A DNA stretch of 64,000 nt from Candidatus Methylomirabilota bacterium (GTDB lineage: Bacteria > Methylomirabilota > Methylomirabilia > Rokubacteriales > CSP1-6). The notes beneath the pieces were generated by a model that was not told the DNA's origin, searched no databases, and saw only the letters and a list, made by a program, of their open reading frames with translations. The stretch covers positions 5,080 through 69,079 of the forward strand of contig DATAOC010000020.1 in NCBI GenBank assembly GCA_036265915.1, read 5' to 3'. Positions 52,872 through 61,525 of the stretch are shown here, one piece after another (position 1 is the first letter of the stretch; every line of letters begins with the position of its first letter). The position numbers and the translations under genes were made by a program.

Positions 52872-53100
52872 GCGAACCTCCTCAGTGAAGATGGCCCGCG
52901 TCATTGCAAGCCGCTGGCCGCGGCGCGCGAGCGGCGCGCCGTAAAGCGGTCACGCGCGGTGTGAACTTGCCTGGGAGACGCCCCGCGCAACGGAAGAGCG
53001 GTGCAGGATCAGCGTTGTAATACGGACGCGGCGCCGGCCAAACATGTGGCAATATCCGCGACACTCATGGCGTGCCGGCCATGACCAGGAGGACGCACGC

Positions 53101-54180
53101 ATGAAAGCCGCCGTGTTTCACGGAGCGCACAAGCCGCTGACGATCGAGGACGTCCACATCGACAAGCCCATGGGCCGCGAGGTGCTCGTGCGCACCGTGG
53201 CCTCCGGCGTCTGTCACAGCGATCTGCACTTCATCGAGGGCCTCTACCCGTTCCCGACGCCGGCCATTCTGGGCCACGAGGCGGCGGGCATCGTGGAGGC
53301 GGTGGGGCCGCACGTGTTCGAGTTCAAGGCGGGCGACCACGTCATCGCGTGCCTGTCGGTGTTCTGCGGTGCCTGCGACTACTGCCTGACCGGCAAGACG
53401 CATCTCTGCCAGACGCGGCCGATCCGCGCCAAGCACGAGCCGCCGAAGCTCTCGTGGAACGGACAGCCGGTGAACCAGTTCGCCAACCTGTCGGCCTACG
53501 CGGAGCAGATGCTGGTGCACGAGAACGCGCTCGTCCGGATCGACGACGCGATGCCGCTCGACCGGGCCGCGCTCATCGGCTGCGGCGTCACCACCGGCGT
53601 GGGCGCCGTGCTGAACACGGCGCGCATCGAGGCCGGCTCCACCGTGGCCGTGTTCGGCGCCGGCGGCGTGGGCCTGGCCGCCATCCAGGGCGCGCGCATC
53701 GCCGGCGCGCGCATGATCATCGCGGTCGACACCGTCGAGTCCAAGTTCGCCAAGGCCCGCGAGCTCGGCGCCACGCACACGGTGAACGCCAAGAGCGACG
53801 ATCCCGTGAAGGCGATTCGCGCGCTGACGACGGGCGGCGTCGATTACTCGTTCGAGGCGATCGGGCTCAAGATCGCCGCCGAGCAGTGCTTCGACTGCCT
53901 GCGCCCGGGCGGGACGGCCACCGTCATCGGCATGATCCCGGTCGGTCAGAAGATCGAGCTCGACGGCCCGATGTTCCTGCGCGAGAAGAAGATCCAGGGC
54001 TGCAGCATGGGCAGCAACCGCTTCAAGGTCGACATGCCGCGCTACATCGACTTCTACCGGCAGGGGCGCCTGAAGCTCGACGAGATGATCACCCGCCGCG
54101 GCCGCCTCGAGGATGTCAACGAGGCGTTCCGCGCCATGAAGGCGGGCGAGGTCGCGCGCACCGTGCTCATGTTCGAGTAG
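53101..54180 (+). CDS. zinc-dependent alcohol dehydrogenase (class III / formaldehyde-dehydrogenase-like MDR)
   Basis: The SD is CAGGAGGA. It has 'MKAAVFHG', 'GVCHSDLH', 'GHEAAGIVEAVG', a structural Zn site 'CGACDYCLTGKTHLC' and 'VFGAGGVGLA'. Confidence 0.88.
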   Translation: MKAAVFHGAHKPLTIEDVHIDKPMGREVLVRTVASGVCHSDLHFIEGLYPFPTPAILGHEAAGIVEAVGPHVFEFKAGDHVIACLSVFCGACDYCLTGKTHLCQTRPIRAKHEPPKLSWNGQPVNQFANLSAYAEQMLVHENALVRIDDAMPLDRAALIGCGVTTGVGAVLNTARIEAGSTVAVFGAGGVGLAAIQGARIAGARMIIAVDTVESKFAKARELGATHTVNAKSDDPVKAIRALTTGGVDYSFEAIGLKIAAEQCFDCLRPGGTATVIGMIPVGQKIELDGPMFLREKKIQGCSMGSNRFKVDMPRYIDFYRQGRLKLDEMITRRGRLEDVNEAFRAMKAGEVARTVLMFE

Positions 54181-54185
54181 CGCCC

Positions 54186-55265
54186 GTGCGCGCCGCCGTC
54201 ATGCGCGACCGGAAGCTGATCGTCGCCGAGGTGCCGATGCCCGAGCCTGGCCCGGGCGAAGTCCTGGCGCGGACGCTGGCGTGCGGGATCTGCGGCTCCG
54301 ACCTGCACGCGCTGAAGCACGCCGACGCGTTCGTGGCCACGTCCCGGCGCGCCGGCAATCCGCGTGTGATGGATCTCGGGCGGGACGTCGTGATGGGCCA
54401 CGAGTTCTGCGCCGAGATCGTCGAGCACGGACCCCGTACGGCGCGGACGCTGCCGGTCGGCACGCGCGTCTGCTCACGCCCGATCCTGATGCGGGACACG
54501 GGCCCGCAGACGATCGGGTACTCGAACGAGCATCCCGGCGGCTACGGCGAATATATGCGCCTCAGCGAGGCGCTTCTGCTGCCCGTGCCGGACGGCCTGC
54601 CGACCGAGCACGCCGCGCTCACGGAGCCCATGGCGGTGGGCCTGCATGCGGTGCAGAAGGCGCGGCTGGCGCCCGACGACGCGCCGCTGGTCGTCGGGTG
54701 CGGCCCGGTGGGCCTCGCGGTGATCGCGGCTCTCCGCCTGCTCGACGTCCGGCCGATCGTGGCCGCCGACTTCTCGCCGCGCCGGCGGGAGCTGGCCGCC
54801 AGCCTGGGAGCCGATGTCGTCGTCGATCCCGCCGCCACCACGCCCTGGCAGAGCTGGCGCGAGGCGGCCGCGGTCTGGCGAGATCCGAGCCGGGCGCCGC
54901 AACCACCGCCGTGGGTGCCTGGGCCGCCGATCCGCCCCGCCGTGGTATTCGAGTGCGTCGGCGTTCCGGGCGTGCTCGATCAGCTCATGGCCGCGGCGCC
55001 GCGCGACACGCGCATCGTGGTGGTCGGGGTCTGCATGGAGCCGGACACGATTCACCCGATGCTCGGCATCGTGAAGGAGCTGGCGCTCCAGTTCGTGCTG
55101 GGGTACACGCAGGATGAGTTCGCGGCGACCCTCGGCCACATCGCCGCCGGCCGGATCGCCGCGGCGCCGCTGATCACCGGTCGCGTCGGTCTCGACGGCG
55201 TGCCGCAGGCATTCGAGGCGCTCGCGTCACCGGAGCGCCACGCCAAGATCATCGTCGGCGTCTGA
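54186..55265 (+). CDS. zinc-dependent alcohol dehydrogenase family (MDR) oxidoreductase
   Basis: It has 'RAAVMRDRKLIV', 'CGICGSDLH', 'GHEFCAEIVEHG' and 'VVGCGPVGLAVI'. The start is GTG 54186; an alternative ATG is at 54201. Confidence 0.85.
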   Translation: MRAAVMRDRKLIVAEVPMPEPGPGEVLARTLACGICGSDLHALKHADAFVATSRRAGNPRVMDLGRDVVMGHEFCAEIVEHGPRTARTLPVGTRVCSRPILMRDTGPQTIGYSNEHPGGYGEYMRLSEALLLPVPDGLPTEHAALTEPMAVGLHAVQKARLAPDDAPLVVGCGPVGLAVIAALRLLDVRPIVAADFSPRRRELAASLGADVVVDPAATTPWQSWREAAAVWRDPSRAPQPPPWVPGPPIRPAVVFECVGVPGVLDQLMAAAPRDTRIVVVGVCMEPDTIHPMLGIVKELALQFVLGYTQDEFAATLGHIAAGRIAAAPLITGRVGLDGVPQAFEALASPERHAKIIVGV

Positions 55266-55271
55266 CCGCGG

Positions 55272-56171
55272 TCAGGCGAGCTTGGCACGCACGCGCTCGG
55301 CGAACGTCATCATCTGCGCGTCGAGCTCGGCGCCGTCGGCCGCGAGGAACTCGACCACCAGGTGCTCGACGCCGCAGTCGGTCAGCTCCGTCAGCTGATC
55401 GACGAGACTCGCCGGCTCGCCGGCCAGCACGTGGCCCGGGTGGGCCGACGTCGGCGCCCCCTCGCCGGCGCGCAGCACGCGGACGTCGTTGCGCATCGTG
55501 ATGCCGGGCGGGACGGCGCGGCCCCGCGTCGCCGACTGCCGTACGAGCTCCTGACGGCCGGCGCGCAGCTCGGCGGGCGCCCGATTGATCGGATGCCACG
55601 TGGCGCCGAACTCCACGGCGCGGCGGAGCGCCGCGCGGCTGTGGCCGCCGACCCAGATCGGCGGGTGCGGCTTCTGGATCGGCTTGGGCTCGAACACCAT
55701 GTCGTCGAATTGCGTGTAGCGCCCGCGGAACGACGGCGCGGGGCTCGTCCACAGCTCCTGCATCGCGCGAAGGTACTCGTCGGTCATGGGGCCGCGCTCC
55801 GCGAACGGCACGCCGAGCATGGCGCTCTCGGCGGCCACCCAGCCGGCACCGATGCCGAGGACGACGCGGCCGCCGCTGAGCGCGTCGAGCGAGGACACCA
55901 TCTTCGCGGTGACCACGGCGTTGCGGTACGGCACGATCAGCACCGTCGTGCCGAGCTGCACGCGAGCGGTGGCGCCGGCCACGACCCCGAGCGTGATCAG
56001 CGGATCGAAGATCGTCTCCCCGAAGTTCGGAATGTTCGCGCGCGGTACGACGACGTGGTCACTGACCCAGACCGAGTCGTAGCCGAGCTGCTCGGCGCGC
56101 ACCGCCGTGCGCCGGATGATCTCCGGCGTGGCGAGATGCCGGCAGTTGGGGAGCCAGACGCCGAACTTCAT
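55272..56171 (-). CDS. LLM-class (luciferase-like) flavin/F420-dependent oxidoreductase
   Basis: 'MKFGVWLPN...AEQLGYDSVWVSDHVV' and 'GGRVVLGIGAGW' are typical LLM blocks. Confidence 0.85.
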   Translation of the reverse strand: MKFGVWLPNCRHLATPEIIRRTAVRAEQLGYDSVWVSDHVVVPRANIPNFGETIFDPLITLGVVAGATARVQLGTTVLIVPYRNAVVTAKMVSSLDALSGGRVVLGIGAGWVAAESAMLGVPFAERGPMTDEYLRAMQELWTSPAPSFRGRYTQFDDMVFEPKPIQKPHPPIWVGGHSRAALRRAVEFGATWHPINRAPAELRAGRQELVRQSATRGRAVPPGITMRNDVRVLRAGEGAPTSAHPGHVLAGEPASLVDQLTELTDCGVEHLVVEFLAADGAELDAQMMTFAERVRAKLA

Positions 56172-56276
56172 TGCGGAGTCACCGGGCTGATGGTCGTCAT
56201 GGCGCCGAGCTTACTGCAGTGGCGGCCTCTGCGCTCGCCGCGCGGCTTGGAGTAGGATGGCCTCCCGGAGGTGAGC

Positions 56277-57263
56277 ATGGGTGAGCGCGAGCTGACGTAC
56301 GGTGAGGCCGTGCGCGAGGCGATCGCCGAGGAGATGCGGCGCGACCCGCGTGTCTTCCTGATCGGCGAGGACGTCGCCGAGGCCGGGCATCCGTTCAAGA
56401 CGCTGGTGGGGCTCGTGCAGGAATTCGGCACGGGGCGGATCATCGACACGCCGATCTCCGAGCCAGGCTACGCCGGCATCGGCGTCGGCGCGGCCATGAC
56501 CGGCATGCGGCCGATCGTCGACGTCATGTTCGGCGACTTCATCACGCTCACCATGGATCAGATGGTCAACCAGGCCGCCAAGGCGCACTACATGTCGGGC
56601 GGCAAGATCAAGGTGCCCATCGTGTTCCGCACCACGCTCGGCGCCACGCGGCGGTCGGCGGCGCAGCACTCGCAGTCGCTGCACGCCTGGGTCAGCCACA
56701 TCCCCGGCCTGAAGGTGGCGCTGCCGTCCGGCCCCTACGAGGCGAAGGGACTCATGAAGACGGCGATCCGCGACGACAGCCCCGTCGTCATCTTCGAGGA
56801 CAAGATGATGTACCGCGTGAAGGGGCCCGTGCCGGAGGCCGACTACACGATCCCGTTCGGCGTGGCCGAGGTGAAGCGCCCGGGCCGGGACATCACGATC
56901 GTCGCCACCAGCAGCATGGTCGCCGTCGCCGAGGGCGCGGCCAAGCTGCTCGACGAGGCGGGCATCAGCGCCGAGATCATCGATCCGCGCACGACGTGGC
57001 CGCTGGACAAGCAGACGCTCGTCGACTCGGCCAAGAAGACGTCGCGCGCGCTCGTGGTCGACGAGGGCTACGAGCGCTACGGCGTCACCGCCGAGATCGC
57101 CTCCGTCATCGCGGAGGGCGCGTTCTACCACCTCGACGCCCCGGTCAAGCGCATCGGCGCCATGGACGTGCCGGTGCCGTTCTCGCCGGTGCTCGAGGAT
57201 CTGACCGTCCCGACCGAGCAACGGGTGTTCGAGGTGGCGCGGGCACTGTGCCGGAAGGCGTGA
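56277..57263 (+). CDS. 2-oxoacid (pyruvate/acetoin-type) dehydrogenase E1 beta subunit
   Basis: GGAGG lies 7 nt upstream of ATG 56277 (alternative GTG 56271). It has 'LTYGEAVREAIAEEM', 'VFLIGEDV', 'DTPISEPGYAGIGVGAAMTGMRPI' and 'VVIFEDK'. Confidence 0.9.
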   Translation: MGERELTYGEAVREAIAEEMRRDPRVFLIGEDVAEAGHPFKTLVGLVQEFGTGRIIDTPISEPGYAGIGVGAAMTGMRPIVDVMFGDFITLTMDQMVNQAAKAHYMSGGKIKVPIVFRTTLGATRRSAAQHSQSLHAWVSHIPGLKVALPSGPYEAKGLMKTAIRDDSPVVIFEDKMMYRVKGPVPEADYTIPFGVAEVKRPGRDITIVATSSMVAVAEGAAKLLDEAGISAEIIDPRTTWPLDKQTLVDSAKKTSRALVVDEGYERYGVTAEIASVIAEGAFYHLDAPVKRIGAMDVPVPFSPVLEDLTVPTEQRVFEVARALCRKA

Positions 57264-58300
57264 GCGTGCGCCTGGACGTCGATCTCTACAGCGACACGGT
57301 CACGCGGCCCACGCCCGAGATGCGCCGCTTCATGTGCGAGGCCGAGGTCGGCGACGAGCAGAAGCTCGAGGATCCGACCGTCAATCTCCTGTGCGACATG
57401 GTGGCCGAGCTGCTCGGCAAGGAGGCCGCGGTCTTCCTGCCCTCGGGCACCATGTGCAACGAGATCGCGCTGCGCGTGCACGCCCGTCCCGGCGAGGAAG
57501 TCATCGCGCACCAGTCCGCCCATCCCATCCACTTCGAGACGGGCGGCCCGGGCGCGCTCGCCGGCGTGAACATGCGGCCCGTCGATGGGCCGCGCGGCCA
57601 GTTCGACGCCGCGGCGGTGGAGGCGGCCGTTCGCCCGGCCTTCCGTCACTTCCCGCGCAGCCGTCTGCTGTGGGTCGAGCAGACCAGCAACCTCGGCGGC
57701 GGCTCGGTGTGGCCGCTGGCGCGGATCGCGGAGGTGACGCAGGTGGCCCGCCGTCACGGGCTCGCCACGCATCTCGACGGCGCGCGGCTCATGAACGCTG
57801 TCATCGCGAGCGGCGTCGCCGCCCGCGACTACGCGGCGCCGTTCGACTCGGCGTGGATCGACTTCACCAAGGGCCTCGGCGCGCCGGTGGGCGCGGCGCT
57901 GGCCGGCTCGCGCGCCTTCATCGACGAGGCGTGGCGCTGCAAGCAGCAGATGGGCGGCGCCATGCGCCAGGCGGGCATCATCGCCGCCGGCGGCGTGTAC
58001 GCGCTTCGCCACCACGTCAAGCGCCTGGCCGAGGACCACGCGAACGCCCGCCGGCTCGCCGACGGGCTCGCGGCCCTGCCGGGCGTGCGCCTCGATCCCG
58101 CCACGGTGGAGACGAACATCGTCTTCTTCGAGACGACCGGCTCGCTCACCGCAGCGGCGGCCGTCGACGCGCTCCTGGCCCGCGGCGTCCGGATGGGCGC
58201 GCTCGGACCGCATACCGTGCGGGCGGTCACGCACCTGGACGTCGACGCCGCCGCCATCGAGCGCGCGCTCGGCGCCGCGCGCCAGGTGTTCGCGCGCTGA
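57260..58300 (+). CDS. ltaE: low-specificity threonine aldolase-like PLP enzyme (beta-eliminating lyase family)
   Basis: It has 'DLYSDTVTRPTPEMRRFM', 'VGDEQKLEDPTVNLL', 'FLPSGTMCNEIAL' and 'FTKGLGAPVGAALAG' (the PLP-Lys context). The start is a GTGA overlap with E1 beta. Confidence 0.8.
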   Translation: MSVRLDVDLYSDTVTRPTPEMRRFMCEAEVGDEQKLEDPTVNLLCDMVAELLGKEAAVFLPSGTMCNEIALRVHARPGEEVIAHQSAHPIHFETGGPGALAGVNMRPVDGPRGQFDAAAVEAAVRPAFRHFPRSRLLWVEQTSNLGGGSVWPLARIAEVTQVARRHGLATHLDGARLMNAVIASGVAARDYAAPFDSAWIDFTKGLGAPVGAALAGSRAFIDEAWRCKQQMGGAMRQAGIIAAGGVYALRHHVKRLAEDHANARRLADGLAALPGVRLDPATVETNIVFFETTGSLTAAAAVDALLARGVRMGALGPHTVRAVTHLDVDAAAIERALGAARQVFAR

Positions 58301-59544
58301 TGGCGACCAACGTCATCATGCCGGCGCTCGAGCTCGCGCAGGAGACGGGCAAGGTGCTGCGCTGGCTCAAGCGCCCCGGCGACGCGGTCACCAGGGGCGA
58401 GCCAATCGTGGAGATCGAGACCGACAAGGTCACCGTGGAGATCGAGTCGCCGGCCACCGGTCGTCTCGGCGAGGTCAGCGCGCAGGCGGGCGACGTCGTC
58501 CCGGTCGGTACGCCGATCGCGACCATCGTCACGGAAGCGGGGCCGCCGTCCACGCCGGAGCGCGAGGTGAAGGCGTCGCCGCTGGCGCGCAAGCTGGCGG
58601 CGGAGCATGGGGTCAAGCTCACGGAGGTGCCGGGCGGTGGCGGCCGCATCGCGCGCGCGGACGTGATGGCGTTCGTCGAGCGCCGCAAGGGCGGCGAGGG
58701 CGAGGCGGAGGTGGCGCGGCTCACTCTCGCGTCGCCGAAGGCGCGTCGCCTGGCTGCCGAGCGCGGCGTCGAGCTGCACCTCGTGCGCGGCTCCGGGCCG
58801 GACGGGGCCGTGCTCGCGGGCGATGTCCCGGCCGCGGCTCACGCGCCGGATGCGGCGGCCGGCGCGCCGCCGGGGGCCGGCGGCGTCAGCAACGTCTGGC
58901 GGATCATGGCCGAGCGGATGACGCAGAGCTGGACGAGCGTCCCGCACTTCTACCTGGTGCGCGAGGTGAACGCGAGCCGTCTCGTGACCTGGCGCACGCG
59001 CGTCGCCGCGCAGACGGGCGCGCGCATCACGTACACCGACCTCCTCGTGAAGCTGGTGGCGAGCGCGCTGACGAAGCACCCGCGCCTGAACGCCTCGTGG
59101 ACGAACGGCGCCATCATCACGCATCGGGAGATCGACATCGGGCTGGCGGTTGCCATCGCGGACGGCCTGGTCGTCCCGGTCGTGCACGCGGCCGACACGC
59201 TGTCGCTGGACCAGATCGCGGCGCGCCGCGAGGATCTCGTCACGCGCGCGCAGAGCGGCAAGCTCCGGCCCGCCGACATCCAGGGCGGCCGGTTCACCGT
59301 GAGCAACCTCGGCATGCACGGCGTCGACGCCTTCAACGCCATCGTGAACCCGCCGCAGGCCGCCATCCTGGCCGTGGGACGGATCACGGATCGCGTGCTC
59401 GCAGTGGGCGGTCGACCGGCCGTGCAGCCCGCCATGGTCCTGACGCTGTCGTGCGATCACCGGGCGGTGGACGGCGCCCGCGCGGCGGAGTTTCTCGGCG
59501 CCCTCGCCGAGCTCGTCGAGGAACCGCTCGCGCTGCTCGTGTGA
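58300..59544 (+). CDS. dihydrolipoamide acyltransferase (E2) with one lipoyl domain and two peripheral-subunit-binding-like motifs
   Basis: The lipoyl motif is 'VEIETDKVTVEIESPATG'. Two PSBD-like segments are 'ASPLARKLAAEHGVKL' and 'ASPKARRLAAERGVEL'. The catalytic motif is 'LSCDHRAVDGA'. ATG overlaps the upstream stop (TGATG). Confidence 0.9.
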   Translation: MATNVIMPALELAQETGKVLRWLKRPGDAVTRGEPIVEIETDKVTVEIESPATGRLGEVSAQAGDVVPVGTPIATIVTEAGPPSTPEREVKASPLARKLAAEHGVKLTEVPGGGGRIARADVMAFVERRKGGEGEAEVARLTLASPKARRLAAERGVELHLVRGSGPDGAVLAGDVPAAAHAPDAAAGAPPGAGGVSNVWRIMAERMTQSWTSVPHFYLVREVNASRLVTWRTRVAAQTGARITYTDLLVKLVASALTKHPRLNASWTNGAIITHREIDIGLAVAIADGLVVPVVHAADTLSLDQIAARREDLVTRAQSGKLRPADIQGGRFTVSNLGMHGVDAFNAIVNPPQAAILAVGRITDRVLAVGGRPAVQPAMVLTLSCDHRAVDGARAAEFLGALAELVEEPLALLV

Positions 59545-59548
59545 CATC

Positions 59549-60163
59549 GTGGTGACCTCCGGGCGACCGGCCCGCCATTTCTCGATGATCCGCAGCTTTC
59601 ATCTCGCGGATCTGTTCACCATCGCCAACGGCTTCTGCGGCGTGGCCGCGCTGTTCGAGGCGATGAAGTTTCTGGCCACGCGGGACGCGCGTCATCTGTA
59701 CGTGGCCGCTCTGCTGGTGCCGGTGGCGCTCCTGTGCGACGTCCTCGACGGCCGCATCGCCCGCTGGCGGCACGACGCCTCGGCCATGGGACGCGAGCTC
59801 GACTCGCTCGCCGACGTGATCTCGTTCGGGGTGGCGCCGGCCGGCATCGCATTTGCGGCCGGGCTCGACACGCCACTGGACCAGCTCGTGCTCATGTATT
59901 TCGTCGCGTGCGGGCTGAGCCGCCTGGCCCGCTACAACGTCACCGCGGAGTCGATGGCGGCCGAGACGGGCAAGGTGCGCTACTTCGAGGGAACGCCGAT
60001 CCCGACCAGCATCGTGCCGCTCGCGATCCTCATGCTGGCGTTCCATCGCGGAGCGCTCTGGCCGGTCCGCATCGGCGGCATGTCGATGCACCTGGTGAGC
60101 CTCGTCTTCGTCGTGTCGGGCGCGCTCATGATCAGCAAGACGCTGAAGATCCCCAAGCCCTGA
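59549..60163 (+). CDS. pssA: CDP-alcohol phosphatidyltransferase (phosphatidylserine synthase type)
   Basis: 'DVLDGRIARW...GRELDSLADVISFGVAP' matches the D-G-x2-A-R-x8-G-x3-D-x3-D motif. The start is GTG 59549; an alternative ATG is at 59585. Confidence 0.8.
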   Translation: MVTSGRPARHFSMIRSFHLADLFTIANGFCGVAALFEAMKFLATRDARHLYVAALLVPVALLCDVLDGRIARWRHDASAMGRELDSLADVISFGVAPAGIAFAAGLDTPLDQLVLMYFVACGLSRLARYNVTAESMAAETGKVRYFEGTPIPTSIVPLAILMLAFHRGALWPVRIGGMSMHLVSLVFVVSGALMISKTLKIPKP

Positions 60164-60195
60164 GCCGACATGCCGGCGATATACTGCTCGTCGCC

Positions 60196-61509
60196 ATGCC
60201 GCTGACCGATCGCTACGGGCTCACCATCAGCGCCGCCTCGTCGCACGCCGCCGAGCGCTTCCAGGACGGCATGGACCGCCTGCTCGCGTACAGCGCCGGC
60301 GCCGACGACGCCTTCACGGCCGCGCTGGCCGACGATCCCGAGCTCGCGGTGGCGCACGCCGGCGTCGCGATGATCGCCGCCGTCCACGGCGACGCCGCCG
60401 CCGCCCGCGCTGCCATCGCCCGCGCCCGCGCGACCGTGCACGGCGCCACCCGGCGCGAGCGCCAGCATGTCGAGGCGGTCAGCGCGATGATCGGCGGCGA
60501 CGCCGCGCGCGGCCTGGCGCTGGCCGCCGAGCACCTCGCCGAGTTCCCGCGCGACGCGCTGCTCGTCAACCAGGCCAGCAGCGCCATCGGCTTCCTCGGC
60601 GCCGCCGATCGCGAGGCGCAGCGCGTGGCGTTCGTCGAGGGCCTGGCCCCGGCCTACGGCGACGACTGGTGGTTCGAGTCGGCGCTCGCGTTCACCTATC
60701 ACGAGGTCGGGCGCTACGCGGAGTCGCGTCGGCTCTCGGAGCATTCGCTGGCGCAGTATCCCGGCAACGCCAACGCCAGTCACAATCTCGCGCACATCGC
60801 CTTCGAGACGCTCGAGACGGACAGCGGCGCCGCGTTCCTGGCGCAGTGGCTCGAGACCTACGACCGGCGCGCGAGCTTTCACTGCCACCTCGCCTGGCAT
60901 CTGGCGATGTTCGAGCTGCATCGCGGCCGCTACGCGCGGGCGCTGGACGTGTTCGAGCGCGACATCCTGGGCGCGGTCAACCTGCGCCTGGCGCTGATCG
61001 ATGGCGCTGCGCTGCTGTGGCGCTTCCGCCTCGACGGCCAGCCGGAGGGACGCCCCGGCGCCTGGCGCTCGCTCGCCGACATGGCCGACCGCGTCTCGCG
61101 GCCCGGGTTCGTGTTCGGCGAGATCCACGCGGCGCTGGCGTACGCGGCGGCGGGCGATCGGGCGGCGCTCGACAAGCTCATCGACGGGCTGCGCGACCTG
61201 CATGCCAAGGGGCACCCGATCGCCGGCACGTTGGCCGTGCCGCTGGTGCAGGGGCTCGCCGCGTTCGCATCCGGCGATCATGGCGCAGCGTTGCGCTACC
61301 TGGAACCGGTCGCGGCCGACGCCCATCGCATCGGCGGCAGCCACGCGCAGTGGGAGCTGGTCGAGGAGACGATGGTCGTCAGCTACCTGGCGCTCGAGCG
61401 CTACGACGACGCGCTGGCGCTGGTGCGCCGGCGTCTCGGGCGCCGCGCCTCGCCGCGGGACCGCCGCTGGCTCGAGGCCGCCTCCACGGGCCTCGCCGCG
61501 CGCGCGTGA
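60196..61509 (+). CDS. all-helical TPR-like protein (TTC38-like family)
   Basis: It is alanine-rich and helical-repeat in character. 'WWFESALAFTYHEVGRYAESRRLSEHSLAQYPGNANASHNLAHI' and 'CHLAWHLAMFEL' resemble the TTC38-like family as I recall it. This is a tentative call. Confidence 0.5.
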   Translation: MPLTDRYGLTISAASSHAAERFQDGMDRLLAYSAGADDAFTAALADDPELAVAHAGVAMIAAVHGDAAAARAAIARARATVHGATRRERQHVEAVSAMIGGDAARGLALAAEHLAEFPRDALLVNQASSAIGFLGAADREAQRVAFVEGLAPAYGDDWWFESALAFTYHEVGRYAESRRLSEHSLAQYPGNANASHNLAHIAFETLETDSGAAFLAQWLETYDRRASFHCHLAWHLAMFELHRGRYARALDVFERDILGAVNLRLALIDGAALLWRFRLDGQPEGRPGAWRSLADMADRVSRPGFVFGEIHAALAYAAAGDRAALDKLIDGLRDLHAKGHPIAGTLAVPLVQGLAAFASGDHGAALRYLEPVAADAHRIGGSHAQWELVEETMVVSYLALERYDDALALVRRRLGRRASPRDRRWLEAASTGLAARA

Positions 61510-61525
61510 GGCGCCCGATCGTCCG

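Noticed and set aside
41455-56171. Calling the block between E1-alpha and E1-beta a genomic island or mobile insertion.
   Set aside because: - No integrase, transposase, tRNA, flanking direct repeats or phage genes were seen.
- Apart from 52284-53100, the composition looks like the rest of the window.
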